Below are positions 19,973 to 28,140 of a stretch of 64,000 nucleotides of DNA, one piece after another (position 1 is the stretch's first letter; the number at the start of each line of letters is the position of its first letter). The translations under genes were made by a program, and so were the position numbers. Origin of the DNA: an uncultured Helicobacteraceae bacterium (GTDB lineage: Bacteria > Campylobacterota > Campylobacteria > Campylobacterales > SZUA-545); contig CAUTXO010000001.1 in assembly GCA_963542625.1 (NCBI GenBank), positions 3,068-67,067 of the forward strand. The letters run 5' to 3'. The notes below the pieces were generated by a model. It did not search any database. It was given only the letters and a program-made list of their open reading frames with translations, and had not been told where the DNA came from.

Positions 19973-20446
19973 TTAGCTTGGGTTGGCGGGCAAATCCGCG
20001 CCGGCGCTAGTGCTAGCGTCTAAGATCTTGGCTAAATCAATGACTGGAATTAGCTCATCACCTAGCAAAAAACAGCTTTTTGCAAAGTCTAGGCTGCGCC
20101 CCTGCACCGTAACGCTGCCGCTACTAAGCTCCCCCGCGCTCACTTCGTGCGGCAAAAGAATTTCATCGGCTAAAACGCAACAGCGCATTTTTTCTGCCTT
20201 GTAAGCCGTCTCCATCACAATTAGCCCCGTTTTTTTGCCAGGATCTGCCGGCAGCCCGCCAAGCAAAAACGCAAGATCCACCACCGCCAAAACATTGCCC
20301 CTGACGTTTGCAAGCCCTAAAATTTCCTTAGAAAAATTAGGGATTTTTTGAATGGAAAACTCTAGCGCAATCTCCGTAACCGCGCCAAAATCCACCGCAA
20401 ATTTGCGCCCGCTAAGCTTAAAAATCAAAAAAAGTTCGTTCATCAT
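19973..20446 (-). CDS. cheW: Chemotaxis coupling protein CheW
   Basis: CheW-like domain (FKLSGRKFAVDFGAVTEI...GLANVRGNVLAVVDLA). ATGA overlap with the cheA stop. Confidence 0.9.
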   Translation of the reverse strand: MMNELFLIFKLSGRKFAVDFGAVTEIALEFSIQKIPNFSKEILGLANVRGNVLAVVDLAFLLGGLPADPGKKTGLIVMETAYKAEKMRCCVLADEILLPHEVSAGELSSGSVTVQGRSLDFAKSCFLLGDELIPVIDLAKILDASTSAGADLPANPS

Positions 20447-22725
20447 TTGTTTTGCGCGATGAGCTTTGGAAGGTCTAAGATTAGCGCAATTTCCGTCCCC
20501 CCAAGCATCGCCACGCTGTCTATGACCCCTCTTTCATTAAAGTATTTGCCAAGCGGTTTTATCACCATTTGCGCTTCACCTAAAAGCTCGTCGGTGGCGA
20601 TTGCAAAGACGTTTTCTTTGTGCCTGACGACCACCGCGTTTCTGCGCGTGGCTTGGCTTTTCAAGCCAAAAAAGCTCTCAAGATCTATCACTTTTAGCTC
20701 ATTGCCAGGCGTGGCATTTGCGCCGCTTGCGCCGTTTGCCGCACCCGCGCTAAGATCTGCGCCAGAGCAAATCTGCACGCCCGCTAAGATCTCATCGCTA
20801 ATTGCAACGCCTGCTTGGATCTTTGCGCCGCCTAAGATCTTACCGCTAGCGCCACCGCCACCGCCGCTAGCCCCCGCGCCACCTGTGAGCGGGATCCAAA
20901 CGCTAGATATTAGCCCGTCCGCGCCGCTAAGATCTTGCGCGCTGCTAAGCCCCGTGCCCTGGCGGCTAAGATCTTGCCTACCCGCCGCGCCCAAGCCGCC
21001 CAAACTCCACCGGCTAGGATCCGCCGCAAAACTTCCCAGATCTTCAAGCGCCACGCACTCGCTAATGCTCTCAAGCCCTATGGCAAAAAGCACGCCGCCT
21101 TGCCTAAAGAAAAAGCCCTGCGTGATGGCAAGCGACGGCGGCAAAAAGATGTCAAACCTTGTGCCCGCGCCCTTTTTTGTTTGAATGCTAATGCTGCCGC
21201 GTAGGTCGTCGATGTTTTTTTTCACCACGTCAAGCCCCACGCCGCGCCCTGAAATATTACTAACCGTGCGCGCGGTGCTAAGGCCTGGCAAAAACATCAG
21301 GTTCAAAAGCTCGCTTTGGCTTAGCTTAGCACCCGGCAAAATCAGCCCACGCGCGGCGCTTGCTTGGCGGATCCGCTCTAAATCTATGCCCGCGCCGTCG
21401 TCTTCTACGCGAATATGCACGTAGCCGTTTTCGTATTCGGCGCTAAGTAGCAAGCGCGCGGTCTTGTTTTTGCCAAGCTGCTCCCTAACCTGCGGCGGCT
21501 CTATGGCGTGGTCAAGAGAGTTTCTAATTAAGTGCATAAGCGGGTCTTTTAAATGCCCGGCGATGGTTTTGTCAATCTGCGTTTTTGTGCCGGCTAGCTC
21601 CAGAAAAACGGACTTGCCAAGCGCGCTTGAGAGCTCATAAACGCTGCGTTTAAAGCGCTCGAAAATCTCGCCGATTGGTATCATACGCGTTTGCAAAGAA
21701 AGCTCGTGCAACTCCTTAAAATGCATTGATAGCTTGAAGATCTTCTCCTTTAGCTCGCTAGGAGCGCTCGCGCTTAGGCTGTTTTGCACGGAGGCGTTTA
21801 GGATTGCCATTTCTTGCATTAGGCTGATGATTTTGTCGATTTTTTCAACTTCTATGCGCGCAAACTTCTTAAATTCTTGCGGCTCAGCTGGCTGCTCGCT
21901 TGCAAAAACGCCCTGCGCCGCAAGGGTTTTTAGTAAATGCGGCCTTGTTTTATAAAGCTCCCCAGCGGCTGCTTTGCTTATCCCGCACGCAAAAACATCG
22001 ACGCTAAAAAACTCGCCAAAGCGCGCCAAATAATCCTTTGCCTCTTGCACCTGCGCGGCTTGGATATTAAACTCAAAGCCAAGCAAAAGCGGGTCTTGGA
22101 AACTCTCAAGCGGGGCAAGATCTGTGGTGTCCGTAAAAAACTCGCCGAGCTTAAAATTTGCGTCAAGATCTTGCAAAAAGCCCGCTAAATCAAAGCCCGC
22201 TAGGCTTTTTTGCGCGCGCATAGATACGTGCAAGGTGTCCTTACAAGCCAGCGCGCCTGTGATAGATCTAGCGCCTGAATTAACCCACGCGTTAGATCCA
22301 GCGCCTGCGCTAAGATCTACGCCCCAGCCCGCATTTAGATCTTTGCCAGCGCTAGGATCCACGCCCGCGCCCGCTCCCGCGCCCAAAATACCAAAGGCGC
22401 CTTGCTGTGAAAGGCTTTGCGCGGTTTCATCGCTTTGGTCTAGCATTAGCGCTAGCTTGTCACTCTCTTGCAAAATGGCGTTTAGATCTGCTTGCGTTAG
22501 CGCCGCGCGCGATTTTAAATCGCCAATGCGCTGCTCGAGCTCGTGCGCGGCTGTGGCAAGATCTTTAAAGCCCACCATAAGCGCGTTGCCCTTTATCGTG
22601 TGAATGACGCGGAATATTAGGTCTAAAAGCTCTTGTTTTGGAAGACTGTTATCCAAAATGCTTTGCTCTATTTGCTCTAGGCCCTGCGCCGCTTCTTGCC
22701 TAAACTCCTGCCCTACGCTAAGCAA
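20443..22725 (-). CDS. cheA: Chemotaxis histidine kinase CheA (no C-terminal receiver domain; two low-complexity insertions)
   Basis: Hpt site IHTIKGNALMVGF, HATPase motifs (HLIRNSLDHAIE, DDGAGID, GRGVGLDVV) and a C-terminal CheW-like domain. TTG start. Confidence 0.9.
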   Translation of the reverse strand: MLSVGQEFRQEAAQGLEQIEQSILDNSLPKQELLDLIFRVIHTIKGNALMVGFKDLATAAHELEQRIGDLKSRAALTQADLNAILQESDKLALMLDQSDETAQSLSQQGAFGILGAGAGAGVDPSAGKDLNAGWGVDLSAGAGSNAWVNSGARSITGALACKDTLHVSMRAQKSLAGFDLAGFLQDLDANFKLGEFFTDTTDLAPLESFQDPLLLGFEFNIQAAQVQEAKDYLARFGEFFSVDVFACGISKAAAGELYKTRPHLLKTLAAQGVFASEQPAEPQEFKKFARIEVEKIDKIISLMQEMAILNASVQNSLSASAPSELKEKIFKLSMHFKELHELSLQTRMIPIGEIFERFKRSVYELSSALGKSVFLELAGTKTQIDKTIAGHLKDPLMHLIRNSLDHAIEPPQVREQLGKNKTARLLLSAEYENGYVHIRVEDDGAGIDLERIRQASAARGLILPGAKLSQSELLNLMFLPGLSTARTVSNISGRGVGLDVVKKNIDDLRGSISIQTKKGAGTRFDIFLPPSLAITQGFFFRQGGVLFAIGLESISECVALEDLGSFAADPSRWSLGGLGAAGRQDLSRQGTGLSSAQDLSGADGLISSVWIPLTGGAGASGGGGGASGKILGGAKIQAGVAISDEILAGVQICSGADLSAGAANGASGANATPGNELKVIDLESFFGLKSQATRRNAVVVRHKENVFAIATDELLGEAQMVIKPLGKYFNERGVIDSVAMLGGTEIALILDLPKLIAQNK

Positions 22726-23240
22726 ATGCCTATCCCAAGCCCTGAAAATACGCGCTTGATTTGCTCGCTAGCGCCTTCTATCACTAGGGTTTTTGACTGC
22801 TTTTGTAAAAATAAATGCAAAGAAATTAAGAATAAGATCTTGCTTGTTTGCTCACCTGGCGCCGTGATAGCGGGCGTTGCCGCCGGATCTGCGCTTGGAT
22901 CTAAGCTGGCGTTTGGATCTCTGGCGGTGCCAAGATCTAAGGTAGCGCTAGGATCTACGCCGGCGCTTAGATCTTCGCCAACACTTAGATCTGCGCTAGG
23001 ATCCGCACTCACGCTTAGATCTTCGCCAGCATTTGGATCCGCGCCTAGATCCGCACCGCTGCCTAAGATCCCCGCCGCGCCGCCAAAGATTTTTGAAACA
23101 TCAACTTTCACAGTCGCGGTGAGCTCAAAAGCCTGCGCGGCAATCTCACGCGCTAGACCCCCTAGCCCAGCTGCGCTTAGATCTAGCGGCAAATCAAGCC
23201 TTGTGTGGTCTTGCATAATGCTAATCATCGCCGCGCACAA
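22713..23240 (-). CDS. Hypothetical protein, possibly a STAS-like fold split by a D/L/S/A/G-rich insertion
   Basis: The ends resemble a STAS domain (VKVDVSKIFGGAAGI ... KTLVIEGASEQIKRVFSGLGI). The middle 80 aa or so are encoded by RAGATCY repeats. It overlaps the clpB stop and the cheA start. The assignment is weak. Confidence 0.35.
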   Translation of the reverse strand: MCAAMISIMQDHTRLDLPLDLSAAGLGGLAREIAAQAFELTATVKVDVSKIFGGAAGILGSGADLGADPNAGEDLSVSADPSADLSVGEDLSAGVDPSATLDLGTARDPNASLDPSADPAATPAITAPGEQTSKILFLISLHLFLQKQSKTLVIEGASEQIKRVFSGLGIGICLA

Positions 23241-25803
23241 CCCTTGTTTGCAAGCTGCCGCCTTGCTCGTAGAAAGAAATTTTATCCCCCGCGCCTAGCT
23301 CGTCTTTTAAAATAAGCTCTGCAAGGCTATCTTCTACAAGATTATCAATAGCGCGTTTTAGCGGCCGCGCGCCAAAGACTGGGTCAAAACCCGCGCTCGC
23401 AATAAAAGCAACGGCGCTATCATCTAAAGAAAGTTCGATTTTTTTTGCCTTGAGCTTTGCCGTTAGCTGCTTGCTTAAAAGGCGCACGATTTGCTCGCAT
23501 TCCCTTTGGCTAAGCGGGTTAAATACAATCACGTCGTCTAGGCGGTTGATGAATTCTGGCTTAAAATGGCGCTTTAGCTCATCTTGCACGGCTGCCTTTT
23601 GCGCGGCGGGCTCGCTAATGCTAGCAATCTGGCTCGATGCAATGTTAGACGTCAAAATGATAATGGTGTTTTTAAAATCCACCGTAACGCCCTTGTTGTC
23701 GGTTAAGCGCCCATCATCTAGCACCTGCAAAAGCAAATTAAAGACGTCTGGGTGCGCCTTTTCCACTTCGTCAAACAAAATAATGCTATATGGTTTTTTG
23801 CGAACCGCCATCGTTAGCTGCCCGCCTTCATCATAGCCCACATAGCCAGGCGGCGCGCCAACAAGACGCGAAACGGCGTGCTTTTCCATATATTCGCTCA
23901 TATCAAAACGCACCAGCGCCTTTTGCGTGTCAAACAAAAACTCAGCCAAGATCTTAGCCGTTTGCGTTTTCCCCACGCCCGTTGGCCCTAGAAATAAAAA
24001 GCTTCCAAGCGGGCGGTTTTCATCGTTTAGCCCCGCCTTGCTGCGCTTAATCGCCCGCGCTAGGGCTTGCACGGCGGCTTCTTGCCCCACCACGCCTTGC
24101 TTTAAGATCTCTTCCACTTTTAAAAACTTCTCGCGCTCGCTCGCTAGCATTTTGCTAACGGGAATGCCCGTCCATTTAGAAACCACATCAGCAACGCCCT
24201 CTTCATCGACGCTATTTTTCAAAAGCGTGCCTTCTTTCTCCATCGCCGCCCATTTATCCGCAAGCGTGGCTGCTTCTTGCTCTAGCTTTGGGATCTCGCC
24301 GTATTCTATCTGCGCGGCGGCGTTATAATCGGCTTCTCTTTTTGCCGCTTCTGCACGGCGTTTTGCCGCTTCTAGCGCCTGCTTTTTCTTGCCAATCTCA
24401 TCAAAAACGCTGCTTTCAAGGTCAAAACGCGCTTCTAAAACCGCCCTTTTCTCTTGCAAAGACGCAAGCTCTTTTTCCACTTGCAAAAGCCGCTCGGCGT
24501 CTTTGTTTTCTTTCTCCATCAAAAGCGCTTGCTGCTCCACGCTAAGGCGCGAAATATCGCGCAAGATCTTATCTAGCGCGGCTGGTCTTGACTCAAGCTG
24601 TAACTTAATCTGGCTCGCGGCTTCGTCAATTAAATCGATAGATTTATCAGGCAAAAACCTATCGCTAATGTAGCGCGCGGAGAGATTAACAGCCGCAACG
24701 AGCGCGCCGTCTGTGATGGAGATCTTGTGGAAGTTTTCAAGGCTTTCTTTAATTCCACGCATAATCGATAGCGCCTCATAAATGCTTGGCTCATTCACGG
24801 TAATTGGCTGGAAGCGCCTTTGCATAGCCGCGTCTGCTTCAAAATACTTTCTGTATTCTTTTTGCGTCGTCGCGCCAATCGTGCGTAGCTCCCCGCGCGC
24901 AAGGGCGGGCTTTAGCAAATTTGCCGCGTCCATACTGCCCTCAAGCGCGCCCGCGCCTATAATCGTGTGAATTTCATCGATGAATAAAATCACGTTAGAT
25001 CTTTTCTTGACTTCATCGATGACGGCCTTTAAGCGCTCCTCAAACTCGCCGCGGTATTTCGCCCCCGCAATTAGCAAGCCCATATCAAGCGTAAAAATCG
25101 TCTTATTTTGCAGGGTTTGCGGCACATCGCGTGCCACAATTCTTGCGGCAAGCCCTTCTACAATCGCCGTTTTTCCAACGCCCGCTTCGCCAATTAAAAT
25201 AGGATTATTCTTAGTTTTCCGCAATAAAATTTCAATCGCGCGCTTAATCTCATCGTCTCTGCCAATGACAGGGTCAAGCCCGCCCTGCCGAGCCTTTTTT
25301 GTAAGATCTACGCCGTATTTTTCAAGCGCTTGTAAGTTCTCATCGGCGCTAGCGCTATCGATTTTTTTATCGCCCCTAATCTCTTTTAGCGCGCGCGCTA
25401 GGGCGCTAGGATCTACGTAATCTTTTAGTAGCGGCGCAAGATCTTCAAGGTTTGCAAGCAGCCAAGTATCCGCAGAAATAAAGCTATCGCCTTGCTTGGT
25501 GGCAAGCCCTTGCGCCTTGCTTAGCCCATCTAGGCTTTGGCGCGAAAGGCGGATGCTATCCTTCGTAACGCCTTGCGAGACCACGCCTTGCGCTGCCTGG
25601 CTTTGCAAGAAAAGCTCCAGCGCCTTGCTGTCAATGCCAAGCTTATTAAGCGCCTGACGCAAAATGGAGTTTGTGGTGGTAACCTGCGCCCAGAGAATGT
25701 GGAGATCCACCACTTCTGGGTTTTTGTTTAAGAGCGCTAGGCTCACGGCGGAATTTAGCGCGTTTGCCATTTGCTCGGTGAGTTTTTCAAAAATATCGGG
25801 CAT
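23221..25803 (-). CDS. clpB: ATP-dependent chaperone ClpB
   Basis: 860 aa. Two AAA+ modules ([15 protein letters not shown] and [15 protein letters not shown]) and a long coiled-coil M domain. Confidence 0.95.
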   Translation of the reverse strand: MPDIFEKLTEQMANALNSAVSLALLNKNPEVVDLHILWAQVTTTNSILRQALNKLGIDSKALELFLQSQAAQGVVSQGVTKDSIRLSRQSLDGLSKAQGLATKQGDSFISADTWLLANLEDLAPLLKDYVDPSALARALKEIRGDKKIDSASADENLQALEKYGVDLTKKARQGGLDPVIGRDDEIKRAIEILLRKTKNNPILIGEAGVGKTAIVEGLAARIVARDVPQTLQNKTIFTLDMGLLIAGAKYRGEFEERLKAVIDEVKKRSNVILFIDEIHTIIGAGALEGSMDAANLLKPALARGELRTIGATTQKEYRKYFEADAAMQRRFQPITVNEPSIYEALSIMRGIKESLENFHKISITDGALVAAVNLSARYISDRFLPDKSIDLIDEAASQIKLQLESRPAALDKILRDISRLSVEQQALLMEKENKDAERLLQVEKELASLQEKRAVLEARFDLESSVFDEIGKKKQALEAAKRRAEAAKREADYNAAAQIEYGEIPKLEQEAATLADKWAAMEKEGTLLKNSVDEEGVADVVSKWTGIPVSKMLASEREKFLKVEEILKQGVVGQEAAVQALARAIKRSKAGLNDENRPLGSFLFLGPTGVGKTQTAKILAEFLFDTQKALVRFDMSEYMEKHAVSRLVGAPPGYVGYDEGGQLTMAVRKKPYSIILFDEVEKAHPDVFNLLLQVLDDGRLTDNKGVTVDFKNTIIILTSNIASSQIASISEPAAQKAAVQDELKRHFKPEFINRLDDVIVFNPLSQRECEQIVRLLSKQLTAKLKAKKIELSLDDSAVAFIASAGFDPVFGARPLKRAIDNLVEDSLAELILKDELGAGDKISFYEQGGSLQTRVVRGDD

Positions 25804-25884
25804 AAATCTCCTTTGTGGCGGCTCAAATCTTGCCGCGCTCGCAAAAAGACGGTTATTTTACCCATTTTTTTATACACTTAGCCT

Positions 25885-26493
25885 ATGAGAGGACTTTACG
25901 CCATCACCGACGCCAAGCTGACAAAATACGACGGGATCTTAGAATTTGCTATGGCGGCTTTGCGCGGCGGGGCGCGGATCTTGCAGCTACGCGATAAAGA
26001 TCTAAACGATATTGAGCTCTACCCAATCGCTATGCAATTGCGCCACGTTTGCCATCTCTACGGCGCGAAATTCATCGTAAATGATAGGCTAGATCTTGCC
26101 ATTAAAGTGCGCGCTGATGGCGTTCATTTAGGGCGTGATGACGCCGATGTGAAACTAGCGCGCAAGATCTACGACAAAATCATCGGCGTTTCTTGTTATG
26201 GAGACGTTGAATACGCGCTAAAAATGCAGCGCGCGGGGGCTAGCTACGTGGCGTTTGGGAGTTTTTTTGCCTCGCCTACCAAACCGCACGCGCAACGAGT
26301 TTCGCTCGATGTAATCAACGCCGCCAAAGCGCGCCTTAGCATTCCGCTAGCTGTAATTGGCGGGATAAAAGCGCAAAACACGCAAGATCTAATCGCCCGC
26401 GGGGCGGATATGGTTTGCGTAATCTCTGACCTTTGGAGCGCGCGCAACGTAGAAGAAAAAGCCCGCGAATTTAGCTCTTGCTTTTGGGGGTAA
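25885..26493 (+). CDS. thiE: Thiamine-phosphate synthase
   Basis: 202 aa. LYAITD...LQLRDKD...VHLG.DD...GVSC...YVAFGSFF.SPTK...AIGGI pattern typical of ThiE. Confidence 0.9.
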   Translation: MRGLYAITDAKLTKYDGILEFAMAALRGGARILQLRDKDLNDIELYPIAMQLRHVCHLYGAKFIVNDRLDLAIKVRADGVHLGRDDADVKLARKIYDKIIGVSCYGDVEYALKMQRAGASYVAFGSFFASPTKPHAQRVSLDVINAAKARLSIPLAVIGGIKAQNTQDLIARGADMVCVISDLWSARNVEEKAREFSSCFWG

Positions 26494-26524
26494 GATCTAA
26501 CGCGCCAAACGTCAAGATCCTGCG

Positions 26525-26754
26525 CCAAAGATCCACGCGCTAAAATCCAAAATCCGTGCAACGCCAGCGTTAAGATCCAAGACTTAGATCTTAGATCCAA
26601 GCCATAAGATCTAGCGCACCAAAGATCCACGCGCTAAAATCCAAAATCCGTGCAACGCCAGCGTTAAGATCCGCCGCTTAAATCTTAGATCTACACCCCA
26701 AGATCTAGCACGCCAAAGATCCGCACTTAAAACCAAAACCTAGCGCTAAGATCC
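26525..26754. repeat. Tandem repeat with 94-bp period, 2 perfect plus 1 degenerate copy
   Basis: The 54-nt core ccaaagatccacgcgctaaaatccaaaatccgtgcaacgccagcgttaagatcc is identical at 26525-26578 and 26619-26672. A degenerate, shorter third copy lies at 26713-26754. Confidence 0.9.
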
Positions 26755-26767
26755 ACACGCCCGCGCG

Positions 26768-27508
26768 TTAAATCATATTCACGTTTAGGTCACTGGGGCT
26801 ATCAATCTCCACCCAGCCGCCGTCGATAAAAACGGGATAAACATCGCCAAAGCGATTGATGAGAAGCTGAAGAAAGCTCGTCATATACATATTTTCAAAG
26901 CTCTGGCCGTCAAAACTCGCGCGCCTATCAAGGCCATCGTAAAACTCCACCACACGTGCAAGCGCTACGCGGCGAATTTTAATAAGCCCGATGTATTGCC
27001 CCTGCACCTCATCAAGCGAGGCGGGCTTTTTGCCAAGCTCTATTATCTTGCCGCCTGAAATTTTCATCGTTTCTGCGTCGCTAAGCGGGTCTTGCATACG
27101 CGCGCGCCAAAGGGCAAGCCAAGATCTATCCACCACCACGCTCACATCGTGCGGCGCGGCAATGAGCGCCTGCAAAACCTCTGGGCGGTAGGCTATGTCC
27201 GTGTAAGAAATAATCAAGTCGTCCGTGTCAAAAAATTCGCGCGCGCAAAAAAGCGTGGCGACCATATTGCTTGACGCAAACGCCTTGTTTTCAAAAAATT
27301 CCACGCCGCCGCACCCCTGCAAATGCGCCCTTAGCACGTCAAATTTGTAGCCGCCAACGACGGCGATTTTATCCACCAAGGGCCCCGCTAAATCTAGCGC
27401 GCGGTCAATGAGCGGCTTGCCCTGATACGCCACCATACATTTGGGCTTGTCTAAAGTGAGCGGGCGCAAGCGTTTGCCCTGCCCTGCTGCTAGCAAAATA
27501 AGCTTCAC
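26768..27508 (-). CDS. Nucleotidyltransferase (Cj1416-like; candidate CTP:phosphoglutamine cytidylyltransferase)
   Basis: MKLILLAAGQGKRLRPLTLDKPKCMV NTP-transferase signature. GTG start in a GTGA overlap with the upstream gene. Synteny with the MeOPN cassette. Confidence 0.8.
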   Translation of the reverse strand: MKLILLAAGQGKRLRPLTLDKPKCMVAYQGKPLIDRALDLAGPLVDKIAVVGGYKFDVLRAHLQGCGGVEFFENKAFASSNMVATLFCAREFFDTDDLIISYTDIAYRPEVLQALIAAPHDVSVVVDRSWLALWRARMQDPLSDAETMKISGGKIIELGKKPASLDEVQGQYIGLIKIRRVALARVVEFYDGLDRRASFDGQSFENMYMTSFLQLLINRFGDVYPVFIDGGWVEIDSPSDLNVNMI

Positions 27509-28140
27509 GTATCGCCTTTAAAAAAATGTTTGATTAGGTTCATTTGCGCTTGACAAAAGGGCTCGTCGCGCTCGGTGTGCCAGTTTTGCGCAAAGATCCT
27601 AAGGCTTTTGTGCTCTATAGCTTTGATAACGCCCACGCTGTTTGTGGCGCTTGCGATTAGCTCGCTAGCCAAAGCTTCTATGCGGTAGTTGTGGTAAGAA
27701 TTGACGTCTCGTATGGCACTAAGATCTGCGGCGTATTTTGACGCGCCATTAACGCGCAAGCTGTGGCGCACGCGGACTTCGCCAGCCACTTTGGCAAAGC
27801 TGCTGCCAAAAAATTCGGCTACAAGCTGCATTCCGCGGCAAATGCCAAAAATGGGCAAGGCGTTTTTGATGGCAAAATCTAGCAAGGATCTTTCGTATTC
27901 ATCGCGCATTTTAGATAGCGGATCTTGCGGACTATTGACGCTAAGGTCGTTCCCGCCGCTAAGAAGCACGCCAGCTAGCCCCAAATCTGCAGCGTAGCAC
28001 GCGGGGTCTAGCTCGTATGGCAAAAGCACAGGCGTAAAACCAAGCGCGGCGATGAGCTTTGGCAAGCGAAGATCTAGGCAAGATCTTAGCTCGCCGTGCG
28101 CGGGATCTGTGGCTAGGCGTAAAGTTATGCCGATTTTCAC
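27505..28140 (-). CDS. Class-I glutamine amidotransferase / peptidase C26-like hydrolase (Cj1417-like)
   Basis: GGNDL...FGICRGMQL nucleophile elbow and a downstream H..E region. The preferred start is GTG at 28140 (GTGA overlap with the upstream stop). The longest ORF starts at 28170. Confidence 0.8.
   Translation of the reverse strand: MKIGITLRLATDPAHGELRSCLDLRLPKLIAALGFTPVLLPYELDPACYAADLGLAGVLLSGGNDLSVNSPQDPLSKMRDEYERSLLDFAIKNALPIFGICRGMQLVAEFFGSSFAKVAGEVRVRHSLRVNGASKYAADLSAIRDVNSYHNYRIEALASELIASATNSVGVIKAIEHKSLRIFAQNWHTERDEPFCQAQMNLIKHFFKGDT

Noticed and set aside
19384-20010. Cluster of 66-82-aa overlapping ORFs on both strands
   Set aside because: They are mutually overlapping, have biased compositions (R/H/P/T-rich) and lack RBS or family motifs. 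The region looks non-coding.
20447-21184. 245-aa + strand ORF, plus the 22124-22603 and 21185-21424 ORFs
   Set aside because: They are antisense to cheA and run through palindromic GATC-word repeats that are open on both strands. They have low-complexity P/A/S composition.
22696-23298. 200-aa + strand ORF
   Set aside because: It is a mirror reading of the palindromic repeat block opposite the STAS-like ORF and the clpB end. Its A/S/P/L-rich composition gives no independent support.
25804-25884. TPP riboswitch upstream of thiE
   Set aside because: Only 81 nt are available, and the conserved CUGAGA and ACCUGAUCUGGAUAAUGCCAGCG-type elements are not present.
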